21,671 nt of DNA from Thermoproteota archaeon. GTDB taxonomy: Archaea > Korarchaeota > Korarchaeia > Korarchaeales > Korarchaeaceae. Below the pieces are notes generated by a model, which ran no database searches, was not told the origin of the DNA, and worked only from the letters and a program-made list of their open reading frames with translations. Of this stretch, positions 1-7,855 are shown piece by piece. The number at the start of each line of letters is the position of its first letter. Positions within the stretch are counted from its first letter, which is position 1. The stretch covers positions 1-21,671 of the forward strand of contig JAOZFG010000027.1 in NCBI GenBank assembly GCA_027491435.1, read 5' to 3'. A program made the translations under genes and the position numbers.

Positions 1-413
1 TCATAATTTGCGGAGAGGGGAGCAGTGACTACTACTCCTGTTCCATGGCCCCTCTCCTCGGCGAGTTAATGGGCTTGCCTTCAGCGAGCTTCGCCTCCCG
101 ACTGGAGTTGAAGGAGAACAGCGTCATCGTTGAGAGGGCCCTGGAAGGGGGAGTTGAAAGGGTAGAACTGTCTTTACCTGCTGTTGTTTCGGTAACTTTC
201 GAGATAAACGAGCCGAGAATCCCTACAGTGCTCAAGATAATGAGGGCTGGAAAGAAGGAGAGGAAGGAGATGAAATTTTCCGGGAAATATCCGAAGGTAG
301 AGCCTCTGGAGATGAGCCCTCTAGTGAAGGAAAGGAGGAAGGAAAGGGTCGAAGGGTCTCCGGAGGAGATAGCTAAGAAGCTAGCTGACGTAATAAGGGA
401 GGTGTTGAAATGA
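1..413 (+). CDS. fixA: Electron transfer flavoprotein beta subunit (FixA/EtfB), 5'-partial
   Basis: The frame is open from base 3 (IICGEGSSDYYSCSMAPLLGELMGLP, matching the ETF-beta G-x-x-S-x-D motif). It contains LPAVVSV..EINEPRIP, and its stop overlaps the ETF alpha start (ATGA). Confidence 0.9.
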   Translation, partial: IICGEGSSDYYSCSMAPLLGELMGLPSASFASRLELKENSVIVERALEGGVERVELSLPAVVSVTFEINEPRIPTVLKIMRAGKKERKEMKFSGKYPKVEPLEMSPLVKERRKERVEGSPEEIAKKLADVIREVLK

Positions 414-1279
414 AGGTCCTGATGTTTGGTGACCCGGACAACCTGCCCAGCCTGGCGGGGGCGTTTCAGGGAGAAGAGGTTCACGCCATAACTTATGAGC
501 AGGTTAACGTGCCCGTCTCAAAGCTAATCGTGGTGGACCCGGCCCCCGAGGGAGTTGAGTGGTGGGCTCACCTGATAAACGGCCTGTTGGACAGCTACGA
601 CCTGTTCGTCACGCCCTTCACTAGGGACGGGTCCGACCTCGCTTCGAGGATAGCTGCCAGGAGGATGTGGCCCTTACTTACCAACGTGATCGGCCTAAAG
701 TTGGGAAACCCTCTTAAAGTGGAGAAGGTCATATTCGGTGGTAAGGGCAAGCAGTCCTTCAGGGTTGAGTTGCCTGCAGTCATCTCATTGTATTCACAAG
801 CCATGGAACCTGTGTCCGGCCAACCAGGAGTTGTGGAGAGGATTAGCAGGCCGAACTACTCACCGAAAGCCAAAGTCCTTGAGAGGAAGAGTAAGGAGGC
901 CGAAGTAGACCTGTCCAAGGCGGAGGTGGTGGTAGCCGTGGGCAGGGGGCTGAAGAGGAAGGAGGACTTGGAGATGATAAGGGAGTTAGCTCAGATCCTA
1001 GGAGGGGAGGTAGCCTGTACTAGGCCCCTGTCCGCTGACTTGAAGTGGCTTCCTGAGGAGAGACACGTTGGCATGACTGGCGTCAGGGTCAAGCCTAAGC
1101 TATACATAGCCCTGGGCATATCGGGGCAGATACAACACGTGGTGGGCTTCAGAGATGCCGGCACCGTTATATCGGTGAACATCGATCCGGACGCCCCGAT
1201 ATTCGAGGTTAGCGACTACGGGGCCGTGGCCGACCTCTATGAGGTGGTTCCCCTGCTGATAAAGGAGCTGAAGGGGTGA
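410..1279 (+). CDS. fixB: Electron transfer flavoprotein alpha subunit (FixB/EtfA)
   Basis: FAD-domain motifs DLSKAEVVVAVGRG, VGMTGVRVKPKLYIALGISGQIQHVVG and VNIDPDAPIF. Confidence 0.95.
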   Translation: MKVLMFGDPDNLPSLAGAFQGEEVHAITYEQVNVPVSKLIVVDPAPEGVEWWAHLINGLLDSYDLFVTPFTRDGSDLASRIAARRMWPLLTNVIGLKLGNPLKVEKVIFGGKGKQSFRVELPAVISLYSQAMEPVSGQPGVVERISRPNYSPKAKVLERKSKEAEVDLSKAEVVVAVGRGLKRKEDLEMIRELAQILGGEVACTRPLSADLKWLPEERHVGMTGVRVKPKLYIALGISGQIQHVVGFRDAGTVISVNIDPDAPIFEVSDYGAVADLYEVVPLLIKELKG

Positions 1280-2461
1280 TTACTCCACAGGATCCGCTCC
1301 CAATATCTTAAGGGCATCATCTATGCCCTCTTGCGGCCCTATGAGGATGACCACGTCCCCCGCTCTAAGTATCTCATCATCTTTTGGGGCGTAAATCCAC
1401 ATGACCCCCCTCTTTATTGCCACTATCCAGGTTCCCGCGGCCTCCTCAAGGGAGAGGTCCCATATCCTCGTTCCCACGGCAGGGCTGTCCTCCCTGATGA
1501 CAGCCCTCACTATGGTCTCTTCGCTCTCCTCAACTACGGTCTCGAAGATGGGGTGAGCAGTTATCCCCCTCTCAACGAGCTGGGCCATCCTCATGGCAGC
1601 ATCTCCGATCCTCTCAGAGCTGGCCGCCATTCTGATCAAGGGAATGGCTTCTCTAGGTTTTGCGCTCACATCCCTTATTACAAGCTCGTACACCTTCTCC
1701 TCAAGCTCATCTATTTCCTCCTCAAGCCTGATCACCTCAGACGCCATGGAAGGATTGTTGTAGAGGACCGAAGCGTAGGCAAGGTAGATGGATAGTTCTG
1801 ATATGCTTCTTATGCTTCTCAGCATCTCCGCGAGCCTCTTGGACCTATCATCTATCTCGAAACCCATTTCCTCAACTAGATCCCTCTTTTCCAGGCCTGC
1901 TAACTCCCTTAAAGCGTTCAACCCCTCCTTGGTTCCCTCAACCAACAGGAGGTCGCCCTCCTCCACCTCCACATCGGGGGTAATCTCGAATATCCACCTG
2001 CCCCTCTTCTTAATTGCTAGGACCTCGCATCCAGCCAGGTTAGCTGGATCTTCCAGGTCAGATCCCCTCATGGATATGAGGGGAGACGTCTTTTCCACCC
2101 TGATTAGGCCTATGACGTCCTCAGCATGGTAAAGCATCCAGCTGAGAGCCGGATGTACCGGATATCCGCTGAGGACCAGCTTAGCTAGGTCAGCCATGGA
2201 GTCGGTAATCTCGTCCACAGCTACTCCTATGTCCACTATAGCTGCTAAGCCTTCAGCCTCCTTGGGAGATCTGCCGGCCATGATCACCAGCTTGAACAGC
2301 TCGTACCTGAGCTCATCCAACTCCGCCTCTAGGCCCATTACCTCCTCAGCCAGATCTTTATCTTGATAAAGTAGGGAGGCGTACGCCAGGCTCAAGGCGA
2401 ACTCAGAGGCGTCCTTCATGTCTGTAAGGATATCCCGGACTGTCTTCCCCCTCTCCCCCAA
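1280..2461 (-). CDS. Tandem PhoU-like/TrkA_C (RCK_C) protein, putative phosphate/K+ transport regulator
   Basis: Two internal repeats: SEFALSLAYASLLY..EVMGLEAELDEL vs SELSIYLAYASVLY..EVIRLEEEIDEL. Each is followed by a TrkA_C-like segment (VLAIKKRGRW..EEGDLLLVEG and IVAIKRGVMW..RAGDVVILIG). Confidence 0.8.
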   Translation of the reverse strand: MGERGKTVRDILTDMKDASEFALSLAYASLLYQDKDLAEEVMGLEAELDELRYELFKLVIMAGRSPKEAEGLAAIVDIGVAVDEITDSMADLAKLVLSGYPVHPALSWMLYHAEDVIGLIRVEKTSPLISMRGSDLEDPANLAGCEVLAIKKRGRWIFEITPDVEVEEGDLLLVEGTKEGLNALRELAGLEKRDLVEEMGFEIDDRSKRLAEMLRSIRSISELSIYLAYASVLYNNPSMASEVIRLEEEIDELEEKVYELVIRDVSAKPREAIPLIRMAASSERIGDAAMRMAQLVERGITAHPIFETVVEESEETIVRAVIREDSPAVGTRIWDLSLEEAAGTWIVAIKRGVMWIYAPKDDEILRAGDVVILIGPQEGIDDALKILGADPVE

Positions 2462-2500
2462 CTTTCCTCTTTGCCTCCCCGTTTACTAAAAAGATAAAGG

Positions 2501-3850
2501 TTACGTGTAATCCTCGCCCATGTACTCGCCGGTGGCCATCTCCAGTATCTCCAGCGGTATCTTGCCGGGGTTTTTCACTCTATAAGTAACGCCTATTGGT
2601 ATCTGAACGCCCTCTCCCTTAGTTACTATCCTCTCCTTCCCGTCCTCCCCAATGCATATTAAGGCGGTACCCCTTAGCACTCCAAGGTACACCACCTTGT
2701 GGTAGTGCCTCTTGGGGCCAAACCCCTTTCCGGGGTCTATGCTAAGCTTATTAACCTCATAGCCGTCTCCCCTTATCAGGTTCGTCAAGGTTCCCCATTC
2801 AGTGTATGAGAGCTTGTGCCTCAGGCTCTCGGGGACTCCCTTCTCTATCATGTCCTTGACCAGCTCCTTCAGCCTTTGGTTGGAGGACCTTGACATTACC
2901 AGAAGGGCGTCCTCATCGTCTATGATTACGAGGTCTCTTACCCCTAGGACGGCCACTAGCCTCTTGGATAGGATTAGGCTGTTCTTAACGTCTTTTGTTT
3001 CCACCCTGCCCTGCTTGACGTTGCCAGCTAGATCCTTCTCTAGGACCGTGTAGATGGACTCGAAGCTACCCATGTCGCTCCAGCCAAGTTTCTGTGAGGT
3101 GACTAGCACTAAGTCTTCTGGTATCTTCATGAGCAGGCCACTGCTTATATCGGTAGAGGGTACCCGCTTGTAGGCCTCTTCAACTCCTCCTTCGAACGGG
3201 TTGAACACCTGCGGTAGCTTCTCCTTTATCTTATCCCTCATGAACTTAGCTCTGAAAGCCATGATCATCGTGCTCCAGTACCACCCACCCTCTTCAACCA
3301 TCCTCCTTGCCTCCTCCTCCCTAGGCTTCTCCACGAACCTCTCGACGCTGTACACGTCCTCCTCTAACTTATCACCAGCTTTTATGTAGCCATAGCCGGT
3401 CTCTGGCCTATCAGCTGGTACCGAGAGCAGGGTTATCCTGTCATCAGAGTGCCTGAAGAGCTTCTTTGAGAGCTCTTCCAGCTCCCCTTCGTTAGTTATC
3501 ATGTGGTCGGAGGGAATCACCAGTACTTTTGCGTCATCGTACTTCTCTAACACCTTAAGGACTCCCAGCAAGATTGCAGGGGCTGTATTCTTCCTCTCAG
3601 GCTCCAGGATCAGTTTGTCCTCCGGCAGGGTTATGCCCACCTCCTTGGCCTGTCCTAGGGCTAGGAACTTGTACGACCTGTGGGCCACGACGTAAACCTC
3701 TCTGGTCAACCTGAAAGCCCTTCTCAAAGCCATCTGGTAAGTAGATTCTCCTCTCCAGATCTTGGAGAACTGCTTTGGGTAATCCTTCCTGCTCAACGGC
3801 CAGAGCCTAGTGCCCAACCCGCCTGCTAGTACGAGGGACACCCTTTCCAT
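2501..3850 (-). CDS. manC: Mannose-1-phosphate guanylyltransferase / mannose-6-phosphate isomerase
   Basis: LAGGLGTRLWPLSRKDYPKQF, EPERKNTAPAI, PETGYGYI, FVEKP and GWSDMGSF motifs, with a C-terminal cupin domain. Confidence 0.93.
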   Translation of the reverse strand: MERVSLVLAGGLGTRLWPLSRKDYPKQFSKIWRGESTYQMALRRAFRLTREVYVVAHRSYKFLALGQAKEVGITLPEDKLILEPERKNTAPAILLGVLKVLEKYDDAKVLVIPSDHMITNEGELEELSKKLFRHSDDRITLLSVPADRPETGYGYIKAGDKLEEDVYSVERFVEKPREEEARRMVEEGGWYWSTMIMAFRAKFMRDKIKEKLPQVFNPFEGGVEEAYKRVPSTDISSGLLMKIPEDLVLVTSQKLGWSDMGSFESIYTVLEKDLAGNVKQGRVETKDVKNSLILSKRLVAVLGVRDLVIIDDEDALLVMSRSSNQRLKELVKDMIEKGVPESLRHKLSYTEWGTLTNLIRGDGYEVNKLSIDPGKGFGPKRHYHKVVYLGVLRGTALICIGEDGKERIVTKGEGVQIPIGVTYRVKNPGKIPLEILEMATGEYMGEDYT

Positions 3851-3854
3851 AAAA

Positions 3855-5297
3855 TCACCTCCTCAGGAAGGGCAACAGCACCGCCGTCGATACGATCAAG
3901 ATGACAGCTGAGGGAGGAAGGCCTAAGATGGGCGTTATCAAGGCCCTCTTAGCCCCGTTTACCAGGGACCAGTAGAGGCCCAGGGAGAAGCCGCTCAACA
4001 GGCTTAGGTATGCTCCCACCCTGGCCTTACCTCCAATTTCAGGAAAGAGCCAGCCTACCAGTATGACGGGGGCTAGGGGAAGCAGAAGCATAGAAGCTAT
4101 TACAGAGAGCTCCACTATGAAGCCGGGCCTGGCCAAGGCCACCGCGGATAGCGCTGCCAGCAACGCCAGTATGGAAGCTCTGCCCACCAGAATTGCCCTC
4201 TCTTCCTTACCCCTGAAGAGCCCCATGTAGACGTCCCTGGCCAGGGAGGAGGACAGGGTGAAGACTATCGCATCCATGGTGGTCATGGCCGCCGCCACTA
4301 TGGAGGTGAAGACGAAGGCCGAGAGCATAGGTGGTGCGTACCTGAGCAAGGTAGGGGTTACCAAGTCCCTGTCCTCGACCAAGGGCACCTTGCCGCTTAA
4401 GCTTAAAGCCCTGCCCATAAGGCCCACCATGGTCACTATGACCGTGTAGGTCATCCCGAAGAGGGTAAAGAGGGTCACCATCCTCCTCAAGGCCCTCCTG
4501 TCCTTGGGCATATAAATTTTTTGAACCACTTGCGGGTTAGTGAGAGCAAAGAATATCCAGGGTATCGTATACGAGAGGTATGTTATGGGGGTCCACGGCT
4601 CCCTCAGCCCAAGGTAGCCTGCCTCCCCTAAGACAGAGAAGGCAGAGCTAAAGGCTTCAGGTGACCCGAACCCCCATGAAAACAGCCATATGATGAAGCT
4701 GAGAGCTGCAAGAATCATCCACAGGCCTTGATACAAGTCTGTAGTGGCTAAACTCCATATCCCGGAGAGGGCCATCCATATGAGACCAGCGACGACCCCT
4801 AGGAACACGCCCATCACGTAGAAGCCTTGATCCCCACTCATCCCCTGTACTGTCACGCCCACCCCAATGAGTTGAGCGGAAGCGTATGGTATAAGGGAGA
4901 GTAAGTACATTATCGACACAAGGAGGCCGAGCCACTTAGAGCCGTAGAGGTCGGCCACCATCTCCGACGGGCTGACCCAACCCCTCTCTCTAGCTAACCT
5001 CCAGGCCCTCTCAGATAAACCGGTTAGTAGGAAAACCGTGGCAATCAGGTAAGTGGTTTCAAAGCCGAAGGCCCCCACACCAGTCATGTAGGTCAGGCCG
5101 ACGAGCCCCACCATCATGAAGGCCGAGTACGTTGTGGCGGCGTAGGAAATAGCTGAAAGTACCCCGCTTAACCTGTAGCCAGCCACGTAATAATCTCTGG
5201 TTGTTTTTATGCCCTTACGCCTAGACACCCAGGCTATGAGGGTCCCCACCGTGAAGTAGAGGACCAGCGTGAGAAGAGGAATTACAAGCTCATCCAT
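3855..5297 (-). CDS. Sodium:solute symporter (SSS/PutP/PanF family)
   Basis: Multi-TM protein with DYYVAG, AATTYSAFMMVGLVG, TTDLYQG and AAAMTTMD motifs. ATG 5297 is preferred; GTG 5306 is the alternative start. Confidence 0.9.
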   Translation of the reverse strand: MDELVIPLLTLVLYFTVGTLIAWVSRRKGIKTTRDYYVAGYRLSGVLSAISYAATTYSAFMMVGLVGLTYMTGVGAFGFETTYLIATVFLLTGLSERAWRLARERGWVSPSEMVADLYGSKWLGLLVSIMYLLSLIPYASAQLIGVGVTVQGMSGDQGFYVMGVFLGVVAGLIWMALSGIWSLATTDLYQGLWMILAALSFIIWLFSWGFGSPEAFSSAFSVLGEAGYLGLREPWTPITYLSYTIPWIFFALTNPQVVQKIYMPKDRRALRRMVTLFTLFGMTYTVIVTMVGLMGRALSLSGKVPLVEDRDLVTPTLLRYAPPMLSAFVFTSIVAAAMTTMDAIVFTLSSSLARDVYMGLFRGKEERAILVGRASILALLAALSAVALARPGFIVELSVIASMLLLPLAPVILVGWLFPEIGGKARVGAYLSLLSGFSLGLYWSLVNGAKRALITPILGLPPSAVILIVSTAVLLPFLRR

Positions 5298-5472
5298 CCT
5301 TTTCACCCCTCAGGTATATCAGGGAGGTTATGAAGCTAGCAATGACTAGGAAGAGCCAGAACGTGTAGAGCGTGAGGTCCCTACTGTCTTTTAACAACGT
5401 GAATGGTACTAAGTATGAGAGGAGCAGTATCAGCAACCCAAGAGAGGTTAAAATGAGGTTCTTCGCCTTCAT
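5290..5472 (-). CDS. Small 2-TM membrane protein, probable SSS symporter accessory subunit
   Basis: 60 aa with two hydrophobic helices, and its stop overlaps the symporter start. This arrangement is common for SSS partners. Confidence 0.75.
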   Translation of the reverse strand: MKAKNLILTSLGLLILLLSYLVPFTLLKDSRDLTLYTFWLFLVIASFITSLIYLRGEKDG

Positions 5473-5567
5473 CGGGCCATGGCCCTCTCATAAAATTTAA
5501 GGAGTTTCATCTGAGCCTAGGGATCCGGCGTTACCTTTATATTAACCTCAGCGCACTTATGCGTGAC

Positions 5568-5891
5568 ATGGTGGCGTTCGACGAGAGGTTAAGGGATCCT
5601 GTTACTGGGCTTCCTTTGGAGCTATTCTCTTGGGAAGAGATAGAGAAGGAAATGCACCCAGTAAAGATCAGGACGGAGAGAAGGAGGGGCAGAGAGGTTA
5701 CCATAATAGAAAACCTACCATTCTCAAAACAAACCATAAAGGAATTCCTCAAAGAGGTTAAGAGGACTCTAGCCTGTGGAGGGACTTACAAGGACGGCTA
5801 CGTGTTGTTGCAGGGCAATCATAAGTACAAAGTGGCCAAGCTCTTGGAGGAAAAGTGGGGGATTCCAAGGGAACAAATCGAAGTAGAGTGA
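5568..5891 (+). CDS. sui1: Translation initiation factor aIF1 (SUI1 family)
   Basis: DPVTGLP, KIRTERRRGREVTIIE, KRTLACGGT and LQGNH motifs. The start is ATG 5568 or 5559. Confidence 0.92.
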   Translation: MVAFDERLRDPVTGLPLELFSWEEIEKEMHPVKIRTERRRGREVTIIENLPFSKQTIKEFLKEVKRTLACGGTYKDGYVLLQGNHKYKVAKLLEEKWGIPREQIEVE

Positions 5892-6035
5892 ATATGGACG
5901 TGCCAACTTAAGGCACCCTGCGGTTTAACTTGCAATATTCTTATCACAGCTGATATAGGCTGCTGGTTCTATTGAGGGATTTAATGCTGAGTTTAGACGC
6001 TAACCTGTGAGATCTCTACTCAATTTGCGTTAATA

Positions 6036-6484
6036 GGCTCTGTCAACTTAAGGCTTGTTATAAGCGGAGTACTGCCGCTATTGGAGAAGAAAGAGGACCC
6101 TCAACTCGTAGATAGCAGATCTCCGCTGGTAACATATGCCTCTTACCTTCGGGCTCAGGTGTGTCAGCAGCTTAGATTGCTAGGTGTTAGGAGCTATGGT
6201 GAGTAGGTACAGCTTGCACAAATTAGTTTAGTTAAGCAAGGTGGCGTTATGGACGAGACGGCTAAACTTCGCCGTGAGGTTTACTGGGTGGTGAGACTAA
6301 GACAGGCTCGATCGGGTCCATTCAAGCAAGCGTTGCCTGCTAACTGCTAGGAAAGCTTCACGAGTTCATGTCTTGTTAGTCAGCCACATGACTAGAGGGG
6401 ATCTAACACGCTGTACAGGCTCCGGATGGCTGAAAATGCTCATGCTAACGGTTAAAGCGGAAGGTGGACTAAGTTGACAACACC
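6036..6484 (+). mobile_element. Decayed non-autonomous IS6-family element, copy 1 (449 bp)
   Basis: TIRs GGCTCTGTCAACTTA / TAAGTTGACAACACC. An internal remnant at 6243-6290 reads GVMDETAKLRREVYWV, resembling the first DDE-aspartate motif of IS6 transposases. There is no intact transposase ORF. Confidence 0.78.
6040..6095 (+). repeat. 56-bp exact direct repeat (second copy at 7346-7401)
   Basis: CTGTCAACTTAAGGCTTGTTATAAGCGGAGTACTGCCGCTATTGGAGAAGAAAGAG is identical at both sites. Confidence 0.95.
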
Positions 6485-6628
6485 TTAGTTCAAATTCCGA
6501 TGTCACCCATATAAAACTCGTGTTAGTAACTGTTCTCTTTAGTCTATTAACCGTAGTAGTTGCCTAGGATCCTTGAGGACTAGAAAACGATATTAGATTG
6601 ATCTGCCCATTTTGCACGGGAGTGCTTT

Positions 6629-6913
6629 ATGGCTAGCGTTGAGAGTATTACCCGTGTGCTAGGGATTACCGCCGAAGATGTTGAGAGGAGGGCTCTTCGT
6701 GCTCTTATTAATGAGGAGTTGCGTCGTGTTAGGGCAGAGAAGATCTTGATTCTGGCGCGCTATGGTGTGAGAGAGTTCAGTGAGCTATGGCGGAAGGTTG
6801 AGGAAGGAACAGTAGACGATACCGTCGCCCACGATGATATTGTTAGATTGGATTACCTGGAGCATAAAGAGAGAGAGTTAGAGAATATTCTAAGGGAATT
6901 AGAGGAGAAATGA
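6629..6913 (+). CDS. Probable antitoxin (TumA-like small helical protein)
   Basis: 94 aa helical acidic protein (ARYGVREFSEL..HDDIVRLDYLE) with RBS GGGAGTG and an ATGA overlap with the downstream toxin-like gene. Confidence 0.6.
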   Translation: MASVESITRVLGITAEDVERRALRALINEELRRVRAEKILILARYGVREFSELWRKVEEGTVDDTVAHDDIVRLDYLEHKERELENILRELEEK

Positions 6914-7299
6914 GTAGTGACACCTGCAGGGATATAGATGAGCTATATATTGGGCTAGCCCGTGTAGTTGAGGAAGAGTTTCCAGACATCATAGAGCATA
7001 CTGAAATTAAAAGAGACAGACTTCGCCTACATATTACTGATGGCAGCTTCCTTGATGTATGGTTTAGTAGGAGAATTCCATGTAAGTATGCTTTTCATTG
7101 GGAGCGCCGCCACCTTGACAATACAGTCTATCGATGGGATAACGCCGCCCATAAAGTGTTGAAGGGATTAAAGACATTTCCACATCACTTCCACGAGAGA
7201 GTCCAGAATAATGTACGCCCTTTTAAGCCTAAGGAGACCATGGAGGATACATTGAGAGTAATACTTAATTATGTCAGACAGCGTATTCGAAGTATTTAG
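6910..7299 (+). CDS. DUF6516/TumE-like toxin family protein
   Basis: 129 aa with LRLHITDGSFLDV, YAFHW, YRWDNAAH and TFPHHFH. The RxDNxxH...xPHHxH pattern is characteristic of DUF6516/TumE-like proteins. Confidence 0.8.
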   Translation: MSSDTCRDIDELYIGLARVVEEEFPDIIEHTEIKRDRLRLHITDGSFLDVWFSRRIPCKYAFHWERRHLDNTVYRWDNAAHKVLKGLKTFPHHFHERVQNNVRPFKPKETMEDTLRVILNYVRQRIRSI

Positions 7300-7341
7300 T
7301 ACTGTAGCACACAAACTTTCTTAAAATTACCTAAATAGGCA

Positions 7342-7641
7342 GGTGCTGTCAACTTAAGGCTTGTTATAAGCGGAGTACTGCCGCTATTGGAGAAGAAAGA
7401 GAACCTTTCGACTCCGTTAGAGAGCTGACCCCTGCTGTATAGCCTATGCCTTGTCCTTACTTTCGGGCCTAGCTGAGCATGTCAGCCAGCTTAGCTTGCT
7501 AGGTGTTAGGAGCCATGAAGGTAAGGAGGTAGCATAGCTTGTGCAAGACCAGCTTAGCTGTTAAGCTCGCTTGTAGAGGCTCCGAATAGCTGAAAATGCT
7601 ACTGGTGGTTAAATAGTGAAGGTGGCCAAGTTGACAGCACC
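7342..7641 (+). mobile_element. Decayed non-autonomous IS6-family element, copy 2 (300 bp, MITE-like)
   Basis: Perfect 14-bp TIR GGTGCTGTCAACTT (7342-7355) / AAGTTGACAGCACC (7628-7641). The remnant at 7442-7519 reads AYALSLLSGLAEHVSQLSLLGVRSHE, then VRR* after a frameshift, like the N-terminal HTH of archaeal IS6 transposases. It is homologous to copy 1 but lacks about 170 bp of it. Confidence 0.82.
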
Positions 7642-7855
7642 ACTTGAACTGATTAGTTAGTTGCCTACTATACAGATCTTCTGGAGAGCCCAGCACTATC
7701 TTAACCGGTTAGCGGTTCTTTTTAGTCAACAGCGCTGTAGCGGCTTATGTCTAGAATTAGTTTATTAATTACAGTAGCCACTTCATAACAGATTCCTAAG
7801 TTGACAACGCTGTAATATGATAGATAATTAAAAACTGTATGGAAAGAGGAAAGGA

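Larger units (their letters stand above)
5896..7811. mobile_element. AT-richer composite island bounded by degenerate IS6-like terminal inverted repeats
   Basis: The left end GGACGTGCCAACTTAAGG (5896-5913) and right end CCTAAGTTGACAACGCT (7795-7811) resemble the inner TIRs. The flanks GTGAATAT (5888-5895) and GTAATAT (7812-7818) look like a decayed target-site duplication. GC is visibly lower than in the flanking genes. Confidence 0.6.

Noticed and set aside
7499-7696. 65-aa minus-strand ORF
   Set aside because: It crosses the IS relic TIR antisense to the transposase remnant and has no recognisable motif.
5896-7811. Recurrent GTCAACTTA/AAGTTGAC motif as a CRISPR or iteron array
   Set aside because: The copies are irregularly spaced and occur in inverted pairs, which fits IS ends. 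No cas genes are present.
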